Below are positions 8,973 to 17,825 of a stretch of DNA of 48,463 bases, one piece after another. The position numbers and the translations under genes were made by a program. Position 1 is the stretch's first letter. Each line of letters opens with the position of its first letter. The DNA lies in the IMG/VR virus record IMGVR_UViG_3300018890_000017, positions 1-48,463 of that record; one strand, written 5' to 3'. The DNA comes from a virus. Taxonomy: Duplodnaviria; Caudoviricetes. Under the pieces are notes generated by a model. It saw only the letters and a list, made by a program, of their open reading frames with translations. It ran no database searches and had not been told where the DNA came from.

Positions 8973-9521
8973 GTGAGCAACCGCCGGAACAACTACGGCG
9001 CCCGCCCGTCGCCGACGTCGTCGTGGCGGTCGCGGGTGATGGAGCACACGCGGGCGGCGGCGTCGGCCCAGCCGGCGGGGGCGCTCTTCCCGTCGCCGCC
9101 GCCGGTGGCCGACCGGGCCTGCGGCGGGTGCGGCGCGAGCGTGCCGGCGCACCGCCGCGCGTGCCGGTACTGCGGCCGCGAGCTGGCGTCAGATCCCGTC
9201 GCCGAGCCAGTCGGTCGGGTCGGCGGCCCGGCCGTCGCTGCCGCGGGCGGCGTCGGCGACGGCCCAGTCGAGCAGCCGCAGGGCGTCCTCGGCCCGCAAG
9301 GCCCGGCACAGGGCGACGTGCGTCGGGCGGTCGCGGACGAACCACTGCTGCAGCCGGTTGGCCAGCCGCCGGTAGTAGCTCCCGTCGCGGCGGATCCGCT
9401 CGCGCAGGGCGTTCAGCTGCTGCGGCGTGAGGTGGGCGATCGAGTGCGGATTCACGCCCGCACCGTACGCGGCGACGACCCGGGCGTCGCCGAGGACGGC
9501 CGTGGATCTGATCAGCAGTAG
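8973..9521 (+). CDS. Zinc-ribbon hypothetical protein (3' half overlaps an antisense gene)
   Basis: GGAG RBS before GTG 8973; CGGC-x10-CRYC motif. Confidence 0.5.
   Translation: MSNRRNNYGARPSPTSSWRSRVMEHTRAAASAQPAGALFPSPPPVADRACGGCGASVPAHRRACRYCGRELASDPVAEPVGRVGGPAVAAAGGVGDGPVEQPQGVLGPQGPAQGDVRRAVADEPLLQPVGQPPVVAPVAADPLAQGVQLLRREVGDRVRIHARTVRGDDPGVAEDGRGSDQQ
9189..9455 (-). CDS. Small helical hypothetical protein, probably leaderless
   Basis: Protein-like sequence LTPQQLNALRERIRRDGSYYRRLANRL. A TACGGT -10 box lies 6 nt before the GTG. Confidence 0.6.
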   Translation of the reverse strand: MNPHSIAHLTPQQLNALRERIRRDGSYYRRLANRLQQWFVRDRPTHVALCRALRAEDALRLLDWAVADAARGSDGRAADPTDWLGDGI

Positions 9522-9565
9522 ACAGACCCACCGGTTTGGCGGCGGGTGAACCGAAGGGAGCCACG

Positions 9566-10003
9566 ATGTCAGAGAGCCTGTTTGCCGTTCCGCAGCCTCG
9601 GCCCGCCGCCGCGCCCGGGACGTGCGCCTGCCTGCGGTGTGGCCGGCCGTGTCGGGTCGCGAGCGAGACGACCGCGAGCGCCCACCCGATCCGCAAGAGC
9701 CTCGTGCCGCGCGGGTGCTGCGTCGACTGCGCCGTCACCTGCTTCGTCGTCACCGGTCCGCTGAAAGAGGTGATGGGCGGGCGGTGGACGTCGCCCGAAT
9801 TCGACGCCGCCACGGCGCTGCGCCTGCCCCACGTGCAGGCGCAGTTCGCGGCCGTGTTCCGGGCCGGCAACATCGCGGAGGTGGCCGGAGAGATCGATTG
9901 GGAACGGGTGATCGCGAACTGGGCGCTGCCCGTCCCCGAAGGCTGGGATTGGCAGGGGGAGCTTTACAGGACCCGTCCCGCAGGGCGGCGGAAGGGGCGG
10001 TAG
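9566..10003 (+). CDS. Cys-rich hypothetical protein
   Basis: GGGAG RBS; CLRCGRPC and CCVDC motifs. Confidence 0.65.
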   Translation: MSESLFAVPQPRPAAAPGTCACLRCGRPCRVASETTASAHPIRKSLVPRGCCVDCAVTCFVVTGPLKEVMGGRWTSPEFDAATALRLPHVQAQFAAVFRAGNIAEVAGEIDWERVIANWALPVPEGWDWQGELYRTRPAGRRKGR

Positions 10004-10007
10004 CGGC

Positions 10008-10208
10008 GTGGCTCAGGTCCAGATCCTCAAGGAGGGCGGCGTTTGGGCCCGGACGTGGTGGAGGTCGATCCGCGCGTTGAAGTGCCGGGCGACACGGTCG
10101 GGGGACGTGTACCGCGTCGACGGCGGGGTCGTGATCGTTTCCACGGCCGAAGGTCAGGTCTACCGGTACCGGGAGCGGCCGCTCGTGCCGCGGGAGCAGG
10201 TGAGGTGA
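10008..10208 (+). CDS. Hypothetical protein
   Basis: Tightly packed small ORF with coding bias. Confidence 0.5.
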   Translation: MAQVQILKEGGVWARTWWRSIRALKCRATRSGDVYRVDGGVVIVSTAEGQVYRYRERPLVPREQVR

Positions 10209-10291
10209 TGGGCACGACGGTCGGCCGTCGCGTCACCTAACGCCAACTGTGCGAGATCGACGGCTGCGGCTTTATGGGATTGGAGTGAGGA

Positions 10292-10624
10292 ATGAAATGG
10301 GAAATTGATGTCACCACCGCCGGCACTGGCAAACTCGGCGACGGGTCGATTGCCGTGATCGGCCACGTCTGGATTCGGGACGGGCGTGGCAACACGGTTC
10401 TGGATACCGACGCGATCAACGTCTGGCCGCTGTCGGACGAACACCGGCGACTCATCGAGAACGCCGCCGTCATGGCTGATGCTCTCAAGAAAATCCTCGG
10501 TTTCGTCACTGGTGGGTGCGACGAAGGCGATCGAGACGCCATTGGAGATGTCTGCCGGGGCACGCTGTCGGGCGTCACGGGGGTCGAGTACGACGCCGTG
10601 ACCACGCCAGTAGTCGAAGACTGA
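10292..10624 (+). CDS. Hypothetical passenger protein
   Basis: Lower-GC ORF with GGAG RBS. Confidence 0.55.
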   Translation: MKWEIDVTTAGTGKLGDGSIAVIGHVWIRDGRGNTVLDTDAINVWPLSDEHRRLIENAAVMADALKKILGFVTGGCDEGDRDAIGDVCRGTLSGVTGVEYDAVTTPVVED

Positions 10625-10647
10625 AGGCCGAAGGGCGGAAGCAACCA

Positions 10648-10848
10648 ATGCCGCACGGAAACGACGGAACGGGCGAAACGGCGCGAGAGACGCTGGACCT
10701 GTGCCCACCGCGATGCCTCCTCTACGACGCCATGGGCGGCGGCACCTGGCGCGAGGTGACGCCAGAGAAGGCTGCTTACTACCACCGCCGATTCGATGAA
10801 GACCCGCAGTTTTACGAGGGCTGGAAGGTGGTCAAGATCAATGGCTGA
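10648..10848 (+). CDS. Hypothetical passenger protein
   Basis: ATG 10648; overlaps the next ORF. Confidence 0.45.
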   Translation: MPHGNDGTGETARETLDLCPPRCLLYDAMGGGTWREVTPEKAAYYHRRFDEDPQFYEGWKVVKING

Positions 10849-11092
10849 CGCCCCTCAGAAGCCACCGGGCCATGGCAACTTTGACGCCCTGATACGAAAG
10901 CTGGTGAAGGTGCCGCCCGCCGAGGTGACGTGTCGGCACGAGCGGACGCATTACGTCGATAGCCCAGACGAGCCGGGCTTGCAGACGATCGAAGTATGCG
11001 ACGACTGCGGCATGAGCCGCTCCCATTGGGAACAGGGTTCGTCCAACTGGATGCTGGTCGATCTGCCGGACGGGCCGATCGACCAAAACTAG
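10841..11092 (+). CDS. Small protein of the type found next to IS1595 transposases
   Basis: N-terminus KPPGHGNFDALIRKLVKVPPAEV plus a CxH..CDDC Zn-like tail. Confidence 0.5.
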   Translation: MADAPQKPPGHGNFDALIRKLVKVPPAEVTCRHERTHYVDSPDEPGLQTIEVCDDCGMSRSHWEQGSSNWMLVDLPDGPIDQN

Positions 11093-11318
11093 CCGGCCTC
11101 GGCCGGCGGAACGGTTTCAGGTGTCTGGTGAGCCAAGTAAGTCATCACCCTGGGGATCACCATGAAGGGCGATGGGACGTGCGACGGGGACGGCTATCAG
11201 GAGGTGGCGCGGCGGTTCCCGGTCCCGCGGCAGCGCGTCGGCCGAAGGCCCCGGGGGTGCATCCCGGTGTGGGTCTGCGAGTGGGGCAGGATCACGGAAC
11301 GGAAGGAGCGGTAGTGGC

Positions 11319-11606
11319 GTGGCGAAGAAGAGGACGCCGGCGAAGCCTGTGAAGAGCGTCGCGAACGTGTCGATCGGCGGCATGTCCCTCACCGTCAACG
11401 GCAGGCGGCGGACGGCCGGGCCGCTGAGCTGGCAGCGGGTCGAGTACGCGGACGGGACGGCCGACGAGACGATCACCGCGACGATCGACCCGCACGACGG
11501 GACGGCCGTGAAGCGGTCGCTCGGGCAGCCGACGCTGGACGCCGTCGCCGCGCTCGGCCGCGCGGCGGAGGAACGGCTGGCCGGCCGGCGTCGGAAGGGG
11601 CGGTGA
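11319..11606 (+). CDS. Hypothetical protein
   Basis: AAGGAG RBS, GTG start, coupled to the next gene. Confidence 0.55.
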   Translation: MAKKRTPAKPVKSVANVSIGGMSLTVNGRRRTAGPLSWQRVEYADGTADETITATIDPHDGTAVKRSLGQPTLDAVAALGRAAEERLAGRRRKGR

Positions 11607-11920
11607 ACGCCGTGGCGAAGATCAACCTTAACCTCCAACACAGCGAGGCCCGCTGTCGGCGCGTCGGCGAGCGGACGGACGCCGACGGCGGGTACCACGT
11701 GACGCTGTACTTGGACTACGGGGCCGTCGAGTGTTTCACGTACCCCGGCGGCGGCCACGGGGCGGCGTTCACCCAATTCCGCATGTACCTGCCGTGCCGC
11801 GAGTACTGGGCTCGCCTGCCGCGGCACTACTCGAAGGGCTGGATCAGCCGGCTCGCCAACCAGTTCGGCTCCCAGTGCTGGCACAAGAACCACGAGCTCG
11901 ACGGGAGGCCGCTCCGGTGA
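11603..11920 (+). CDS. Hypothetical protein
   Basis: GTGA overlaps at both ends. Confidence 0.6.
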   Translation: MNAVAKINLNLQHSEARCRRVGERTDADGGYHVTLYLDYGAVECFTYPGGGHGAAFTQFRMYLPCREYWARLPRHYSKGWISRLANQFGSQCWHKNHELDGRPLR

Positions 11921-12273
11921 CGATGAAGATCTCAGGCCCGCCGCTGCAAACGCAGAGCACGGACAACCTGCTCGCGTTGCTGGACGTCTACCACTTCTGG
12001 GCCGTCAAGACGATCAACGCGCACGCGACGAGCGGGCGGCTGCGGCGCCGGTACGAGTGCCGGATCAACCACGACCACCACTACTACTTCGCGACCGGTC
12101 GCTCGCCGCTCGATGCAGTGCGGGCGTGCATCGCGATGGTTCGCACCGGCGACCGCCCCCGGCGCGGCGTACGCGCGGTGAGGCAGTCGGCACCCGTCGA
12201 GGCGGACGCGTTCGGCGGACGGCGGGCCACACATCTGCGGCTGGTCCGCGACGAGGGCACATCCGATGAGTGA
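11917..12273 (+). CDS. Hypothetical protein
   Basis: GGAGG RBS and GTGA overlap. Confidence 0.55.
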   Translation: MTMKISGPPLQTQSTDNLLALLDVYHFWAVKTINAHATSGRLRRRYECRINHDHHYYFATGRSPLDAVRACIAMVRTGDRPRRGVRAVRQSAPVEADAFGGRRATHLRLVRDEGTSDE

Positions 12274-12463
12274 GCACCGACCACACTTGGTGAAGGGCTT
12301 GCCCGTCCCGCGGCCGATCTCGGGTCCGTCTGGGCCTGCCGCCGGCCGTCCGATGGTCTTTCGCCCGGCCCCCGGGTCCGGGCTGGCATTCCTGCGGGCG
12401 TTCGTCGCCACGACCGTCCCGCCGGTGCCGCCACGCCCGGCCAAATCCAAAAGGAAGCGATGA
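12266..12463 (+). CDS. Hypothetical Pro-rich protein
   Basis: Overlaps both neighbours; low complexity. Confidence 0.35.
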   Translation: MSEHRPHLVKGLPVPRPISGPSGPAAGRPMVFRPAPGSGLAFLRAFVATTVPPVPPRPAKSKRKR

Positions 12464-14286
12464 GCAAACCACACGTCCTGAACATCAGTGAGGACCTCAA
12501 GCTCCCGATCGGCTTCGTCACCGAGACGCAGACCCTGCTCGCCAAGCGCCGCAAGGGCAAGAGCTACACGGCCATGGTGCAGGCCGAGGAGCTGACGAAG
12601 GCCGGGCAGCCGTGGGTCGCGCTCGACCCGATGGGCGCGTGGTGGGGCCTCCGCGCCGGCCGCGACGGCACCAAGGCCGGCGGCCTGCCCGTCCTCGTGT
12701 GCGGCGGGAAGCGCGGGCAGCTCCCCCTCGAGCCCGGCGGCGGCCGCGTGCTGGCCGACCTGGTCATGGCCGAGCGGACGCCGGTCGTCCTCGACCTGTC
12801 CGAGCTCGTCCCCGAGCAGCAGCACACGTTCGGAGCCGACTTCATCGAGCGGCTCTACCACGCGACCCGCGACCCGCTGCACGTGTTCATCGACGAGGCC
12901 GACGAGTTCGTGCCTCAGACGCCGCGGAGCGAGGAGCACGAGCGGGTCCGCCAGGCGACGGACCGCCTGATCCGCCGCGGCGGCCAGCGCGGGATCGGGG
13001 CGACGCTCATCAGCCAGCGGCCGCAGGTGATCGACAAGTCGACGGTCAACCAGACCGAGCTCCTCGTCTGCCTGGGCTTCACCGGGCCCGGGGACATCGA
13101 CGAGGTCGTGCGGTGGTTCAAGGGCCACGGACTGACCAAGGAGCAGCTCGCGGACTTCCGCGAGAACGTCTCGAAGCTGCACCACGGGATGGCGTACGTG
13201 AGCAGCCCGGCGTGGCTGGAGTTCTTCGGCCGCGTGCAGGTCCGGCCGAAGGAGACGTTCGACAGCAGCGCGACGCCTGCGGTGGGCGTGAAGCGCCGCG
13301 AGCCCCGCAGCCTCGCCGGCGTCGACCTGGCCCGGTGGAAGGACGCGCTGGCCGAGACGATCGCCAAGGCCGAGGCCCAGGACCCGGCCAAGCTCCGCGA
13401 GCAGCTCGCGGCCGCGCGCAAGGAGCTGGCCGACGCGCAGAAGCAACTCGCGGCCCGCGCCGCACAACCGAAGGTGAGGTACCTCGTGAAGGAACAGCAC
13501 GTGAAGCGGCTCGAGTCGGCCGTGGCCAAGTTGCACGCCGCCGGCGAGCTGGCGGTGAAGGCCGCTGGCGAACTGGGGCCGCTCCTGGGTAGGTCGGAGT
13601 TCGTGGGGAAGGCGATGGTGATGGTGGCGCCCGCCTCAGTCGCGGCCGCGAAGGTCGATGTACCGGCGTACCGCACACCGATACATCCGCCCTCGAACTT
13701 GGCAGCGCCGCCGTCTCGGCCGCCGCCCGTGCTCACTCGCGACGCCCGTCCGGCATCCGCGCCGCCCGACGGCGAGGCGCCGACGTCGCGCGACCAGCTC
13801 GACGGCCCGGCGCGGAAGATCCTCGACGCCTACGCCTACTGGCACGCCATGGGCGTCGCGCAGCCGTCCCGCGAAAGCGTCGCCGCGTTGGCGGGCTACT
13901 CGAACGTCCGCAGCAGCGGGTTCCGCAACCCGTTGTACGCCTGCCAGTCGCACGGCCTCGTGCGGGACGACGCGCTGACGGACGCCGGGCGGCACATGGC
14001 GACGTGGCCGGCGGAGGGGACCGACCTGGCCAAGCACCACGCGCACCTGCGGAAGGTGATGGACGGCCCGGAGCGGAAGCTGTTCGACGCGCTGCACGCC
14101 GGCGGCGGCCGCATGACGCGGGACCAGCTCACCGCCGCGACCGAGTACACGAACGTGCGGTCGAGCGGGTTCCGAAACCCGCTCTACAAGCTGAGCAGCA
14201 TGGGGGTCGTGGAGCTGAAGAAGGACGACGTTACGGCGACGGCGCTGATGTACCCGGCGGCGCTTGTGACGCGGCAAGCGTCCTGA
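12460..14286 (+). CDS. HerA/FtsK-superfamily (DUF87-like) ATPase with tandem C-terminal winged-HTH repeats
   Basis: Walker A-like AKRRKGKS, ALDPMG, Walker B VFIDEAD, Arg-finger IRRGGQRG, SQRP. Two 'DGPxRK..DA...R..L....Y.NVRSSGFRNPLY' repeats. Confidence 0.85.
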   Translation: MSKPHVLNISEDLKLPIGFVTETQTLLAKRRKGKSYTAMVQAEELTKAGQPWVALDPMGAWWGLRAGRDGTKAGGLPVLVCGGKRGQLPLEPGGGRVLADLVMAERTPVVLDLSELVPEQQHTFGADFIERLYHATRDPLHVFIDEADEFVPQTPRSEEHERVRQATDRLIRRGGQRGIGATLISQRPQVIDKSTVNQTELLVCLGFTGPGDIDEVVRWFKGHGLTKEQLADFRENVSKLHHGMAYVSSPAWLEFFGRVQVRPKETFDSSATPAVGVKRREPRSLAGVDLARWKDALAETIAKAEAQDPAKLREQLAAARKELADAQKQLAARAAQPKVRYLVKEQHVKRLESAVAKLHAAGELAVKAAGELGPLLGRSEFVGKAMVMVAPASVAAAKVDVPAYRTPIHPPSNLAAPPSRPPPVLTRDARPASAPPDGEAPTSRDQLDGPARKILDAYAYWHAMGVAQPSRESVAALAGYSNVRSSGFRNPLYACQSHGLVRDDALTDAGRHMATWPAEGTDLAKHHAHLRKVMDGPERKLFDALHAGGGRMTRDQLTAATEYTNVRSSGFRNPLYKLSSMGVVELKKDDVTATALMYPAALVTRQAS

Positions 14287-14341
14287 GACAACGGAGAACG
14301 CCATGTCCCGGTTAGTTCGCCACTGAACATCCTGCGGGCGC

Positions 14342-14378
14342 CCCAAACTTCGGTCCGTCGCGGACGCTGGCCTAACGT
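14342..14378 (+). promoter_or_regulatory. Late-type promoter motif copy 1
   Basis: AACTT(14346)-N22-TAACGT(14373); GTG at 14387. Confidence 0.5.
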
Positions 14379-14386
14379 GCCCGCCA

Positions 14387-14821
14387 GTGGCCCGCCAGCC
14401 TGCCCATCCGCCGATTGACCCGCCCGCGCCGCCCGCGGCCGCGGGTATCATCGCGGCGGTGGCGCCGGCCGTCGCATCCCCACCCGCGCGCCGGCGTCGC
14501 CGCGCCCGCGACGCCGCCGCGGCCGCCCTGCGCCCGCCGGCGCCGCCGGCAGAGGTCTGGACGATGGCGTTCGTGCCCGAGCCCGGGGCCCGAGGCCAGT
14601 GCCGCCAGGCCGACGTCGAGCGGCGCGTCGCCGAGATCCTTCGCTACGCCCGCGCCAGCGGCGAGCTGCAGGTGATGGGGTTCCGGGTGGCGGTCCGCTC
14701 GGACCGGGGCGGGACGTCGGCCAGCAACGGCGTGAAGCGGACGCTCAAGCACGCCAAGCGGGTGTGCGGCCTCCGCTGCGTCGCGGTCACCCGCCCAGCG
14801 CCCGGATCCCGGCGCTCATGA
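14387..14821 (+). CDS. Hypothetical protein
   Basis: Follows the promoter motif; C-terminal half looks globular. Confidence 0.45.
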   Translation: MARQPAHPPIDPPAPPAAAGIIAAVAPAVASPPARRRRRARDAAAAALRPPAPPAEVWTMAFVPEPGARGQCRQADVERRVAEILRYARASGELQVMGFRVAVRSDRGGTSASNGVKRTLKHAKRVCGLRCVAVTRPAPGSRRS

Positions 14822-15014
14822 CCTTCCGGTACAGCTCGGCCTTGCTGCGGGTGCCCGTCTTGAGGGCGAGCACCTTGAAGTGCTCGCGCGGGTCCATCTC
14901 GAACTTGACCTTGACCCACTTCGCCGGCGGGGCGATGCCGGGCGTGTGATCACCGGAGCCCGCTGTCGCGGCGAGACCCGGGGCGGTACTGCTTTGGGCC
15001 GTCGGCGGGACCAC
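14787..15014 (-). CDS. Small ribbon-helix-helix-like DNA-binding protein, leaderless
   Basis: Perfect TATAAT on the minus strand (15026-15021) 6 nt before the GTG. C-terminus WVKVKFEMDPREHFKVLALKTGTRSKAELYRKVMSAGI fits a strand-helix-helix pattern. Confidence 0.5.
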   Translation of the reverse strand: MVPPTAQSSTAPGLAATAGSGDHTPGIAPPAKWVKVKFEMDPREHFKVLALKTGTRSKAELYRKVMSAGIRALGG

Positions 15015-15104
15015 GAACTCATTATATCGACCGAGCTTACTGGACGTGTTTGGTGACGTGCGGCAAGGTTGTCGTAGCGGCCACCGGCCGCGTTCGAGGA
15101 CCTG

Positions 15105-15785
15105 CTGAACGACCAAACCCTCATCCCGTCGGGCACCCAGCGCGTCACCACCGTCGACGAGCTCATACCGGACCAGGACAACGCCAACCGCGGCACCGAG
15201 CGGGGCCTCGGCCTGCTCGAGGACGTGCTGCGCCGCCTCGGGTTCATGCGCTCCATCGCCCTCGACAAGGACAACAACGTCCTCGGCGGCAACCAAGTCC
15301 TGCAGGCGGCCGTCAACGCCGGCATGATCCGCGTGCGGATCATCGACACGAACGGCCAGGAGATCGTCGCGGTCCGCCGCACCGACGTCTCGATCGACAC
15401 GGCCGAGGGCCGGGAGCTGGCGCTGGCGGACAACCTGATCCCCCTGCGCAGCCGTGACCTGGACGCGGACGTCATCCAACGCCAGGCGGCCGACTACGGG
15501 ATCCGCCTCGAGGGGATCGGACTGTCCGCCGACGAGCTGGCGATCATGCTGCAGGAGGCCGCCAAGGCCGAGGCCGACGCGGGCGGCGGCGAACCCACCG
15601 ACTTCGGCGGGGGCGGGGACGAGCCGCCCGCCGACCAGGGGAGCCAGGAGCGCCGCGAGCGGTACCCCGCCGTCGAGGTCGAGTGCAACTCGGAGCTGCA
15701 CCAGGCGGAGCTCATGCAGCGTTACACCGAGCAGGGCCTGCGGTGCCGCGCGGTCACCCGCACGCGGCGGGACGCCGATGCCTGA
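15105..15785 (+). CDS. ParB/Srx N-terminal-domain protein of the packaging region (possible CTG start)
   Basis: VDELIPDQDNANRG...LRRLGFMRSIALDKDNNVLGGN. The conserved part begins upstream of the first GTG (15225); GAGGA RBS precedes CTG 15105. Confidence 0.7.
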   Translation: MNDQTLIPSGTQRVTTVDELIPDQDNANRGTERGLGLLEDVLRRLGFMRSIALDKDNNVLGGNQVLQAAVNAGMIRVRIIDTNGQEIVAVRRTDVSIDTAEGRELALADNLIPLRSRDLDADVIQRQAADYGIRLEGIGLSADELAIMLQEAAKAEADAGGGEPTDFGGGGDEPPADQGSQERRERYPAVEVECNSELHQAELMQRYTEQGLRCRAVTRTRRDADA

Positions 15786-16077
15786 CGGCACGTTCCGGTG
15801 GATCGAGAAGCCGGGGGTCCGCCGCCGGGACCGGGCGGTGATGGCGAACGTCGAGCGGCGGTGGTGCTTCTGGTGCGGCCGGTACGACCGGCCCGTCCAC
15901 GGGGCCCACGCCAAGAGCCGCGGGGCGGGCGGGCACGACGACGAGGAGAACGTGTTCGGGCTGTGCGACGTGTGTCACGGCAGCCACCACAACGGGAAGT
16001 CGCCGACGGCCGACCAGCTGCGGGCAAAGCTGGCGGCCGAGCGGGGCGGGGGAACGGGTTCGAGTAACGGGCAGTGA
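15778..16077 (+). CDS. HNH endonuclease (packaging-associated type)
   Basis: CFWC...HGAHAKSRGAGGHDDEENVFGLCDVCH. Confidence 0.85.
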   Translation: MPDGTFRWIEKPGVRRRDRAVMANVERRWCFWCGRYDRPVHGAHAKSRGAGGHDDEENVFGLCDVCHGSHHNGKSPTADQLRAKLAAERGGGTGSSNGQ

Positions 16078-16742
16078 ATGGGAACGGCTTGACCTTGGCC
16101 GTGGGGGCGAAGGGCAAGCGGATGAATTGGGCACACGCGGCGTCGGGGTTGTTTCAGACGGTGGCCGGGCCGGACATGGCCGGGCTGCCGGCGGTCGAGA
16201 ACGCGTCGCTCCGGGAGCTGTTCGCCGACCTGGCCGAACGCGACACCCGGCGGCGGATCGAGGAGGCCCAGGAGGAAGAGGCGAAGCGGCGGGAGGCCCG
16301 CGTGCGCGAGTACGCGCGGCGGGTCGACAAGGACCTCGGCCGCCAGCCCGGACCGCCGAAGAGCCGCCGGGGGGCGGCACGGCCGGTAATCCTGATGCAC
16401 CGGGTCGACGCCCGCGGCGTACCCACGTTCACGCCCATCGACGTGGGCACGGGCCTGCCGACCGTGTTCCCGAAGGTCAGCGACGCGGCCCGGTCGATCG
16501 GCCGGACGGCGGACCAGGTGTGCGGGGCCATCAACGGCCGCCGCCGCTCGTCCGGGGGCTGCGTGTTCGCCTACGTGGACCAGCTACCGGCGGGGCACGT
16601 GTGCGCCCCCGCCCGCGCCTCGGCCGCCGCCCCGGGCACGGCAGGGCCGGGGCACGCCGCCGGGCGACTGTCCTTAGTCGCCCGACAGCTCAGGGCCGAA
16701 CGCCGGGGGAATGAGAGGCTCGCCGGCTGCCGGGTCGCCTGA
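16074..16742 (+). CDS. Protein with a NUMOD1/IENR1-like HTH DNA-binding domain
   Basis: VFPKVSDAARSIG...VCGAINGRRRSSGGCVFAY. Confidence 0.6.
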   Translation: MNGNGLTLAVGAKGKRMNWAHAASGLFQTVAGPDMAGLPAVENASLRELFADLAERDTRRRIEEAQEEEAKRREARVREYARRVDKDLGRQPGPPKSRRGAARPVILMHRVDARGVPTFTPIDVGTGLPTVFPKVSDAARSIGRTADQVCGAINGRRRSSGGCVFAYVDQLPAGHVCAPARASAAAPGTAGPGHAAGRLSLVARQLRAERRGNERLAGCRVA

Positions 16743-16773
16743 CCGCCCGCCAAGACATCCGGACCGTACCCGC

Positions 16774-16838
16774 GGCCCGTCCGTGCATGCCGGCTTTAGC
16801 CCCCACGGCCCCGGCATCGCACGGCGGGCCTTCTTTTT
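16774..16838 (+). terminator. Long-stem intrinsic terminator
   Basis: GGCCCG/CCGTGC/ATGCCGG pair with CCGGCAT/GCACGG/CGGGCC, followed by TTCTTTTT. Confidence 0.7.
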
Positions 16839-16931
16839 ACCCCCAACGGGACGCACGAGAGGAGCGGCCTACCGCCCGTTTGTCAGATTTCCCGCACGCG
16901 CCCGGTGCGCCCACGGCAAGCCCATGTCCGC

Positions 16932-16968
16932 TCACAACTTCGGCCCGCCGCGCCCCGCCCGGTAGAGT
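16932..16968 (+). promoter_or_regulatory. Late-type promoter motif copy 2 (upstream of terS)
   Basis: CACAACTT-N22-TAGAGT. Confidence 0.6.
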
Positions 16969-16986
16969 CGCGCCCTGCCGGGGATG

Positions 16987-17006
16987 CGTCATCCTGAGCG
17001 CAGCGA
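16987..17006 (+). repeat. 20-bp direct repeat copy 1 (REP-like)
   Basis: CGTCATCCTGAGCGCAGCGA, identical to 18035-18054. Confidence 0.7.
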
Positions 17007-17048
17007 AGACCCCACACCCACGCGGACGCGGGGCGAGGGCCGAGCCAC

Positions 17049-17825
17049 ATGACGAGCGACGCAGGGCCGGACCCCGGACGGGGGCCAGCCGCCGACAACC
17101 CGAAGCCGTCGCCGTGGGCCCAGCTGCCCACGGAGCCGCCGCAGGCGTTCCTCGCGTTCCAGGCCTACCTCAAGCTCGGCCCCAACCGCAGCTACGACGC
17201 CGCGTACCGCCAGGCGCGTCCCGGGTGCGCTGAGGACACACGCGCCCCGGGCGGGTGGCGGAAGTGGTGTAAGTCCTTTGACTGGCAGGGCCGCGCACGC
17301 GCCTACGACGAGCGGGACCAGCGGGTGGCCGACACCGCCCGGGTCGAGGCGATCCGCCAGGTGGCCACGGCCGCCGTCGTCGACGACTGGGAGGCGGGGC
17401 GGATCCAGCGGCAGCGGCAGCAAGAACAGGAGGAGTGGGAGCTGCGGTGCCTGCTCCTGGAGAAGGCGAAGGCGATGCTCCAGTTCGGGCTCGCCAGGAA
17501 GGTGACGAAGGAGGGGGCGCACGGGCAGACGATCAACGTGTTCGAACCGGTGAACTGGGACATGAAGGCGGCCGTGGCGGCCGTGCGGCTGGTGTCGCAG
17601 CTCGGGCGGATCGCCGCCCAGATGCCGCTGGTCGTTCAGGTGGGCCAGCAGGGGGCGGACGACGACGCGATGTTCGAGACGCGGGGGCAGGCGGCGGCGG
17701 TGATCCCGGAGGGGGCGATGCCGGCGATGCCCGACCAGCCGGACGCCAAGCCGCAGCTCGGCACGAGCATCACCAAGGGCGTGGAGGGGCTGACCCAGCC
17801 GGAGAAGGCGAGGCCGGTGAAGTGA
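17049..17825 (+). CDS. terS: Terminase small subunit
   Basis: PW.QLP.E...AFLAFQAYLKLGPNRS...W.KWCKSFDWQGRARAYD signature; lies upstream of TerL. Confidence 0.75.
   Translation: MTSDAGPDPGRGPAADNPKPSPWAQLPTEPPQAFLAFQAYLKLGPNRSYDAAYRQARPGCAEDTRAPGGWRKWCKSFDWQGRARAYDERDQRVADTARVEAIRQVATAAVVDDWEAGRIQRQRQQEQEEWELRCLLLEKAKAMLQFGLARKVTKEGAHGQTINVFEPVNWDMKAAVAAVRLVSQLGRIAAQMPLVVQVGQQGADDDAMFETRGQAAAVIPEGAMPAMPDQPDAKPQLGTSITKGVEGLTQPEKARPVK

Larger units (their letters stand above)
10202..11149 (+). mobile_element. Remnant of an IS1595-family element: transposase C-terminal fragment, passenger ORFs and right end
   Basis: Frame reads EVMGTTVGRRVT*RQLCEIDGCGFMGLE, resembling the IS1595 Tnp tail 'GKRLTY..L'. 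GC is lower here. Terminal sequence GCCAAGTAAGTCATCACC resembles IS1595 IRs. Based on recalled family features. Confidence 0.55.

Noticed and set aside
15012-15048. CACGAACTC as another + strand late-promoter copy
   Set aside because: No TAnnnT at the 21-22 nt spacing; better explained as the start of the minus-strand leaderless gene.
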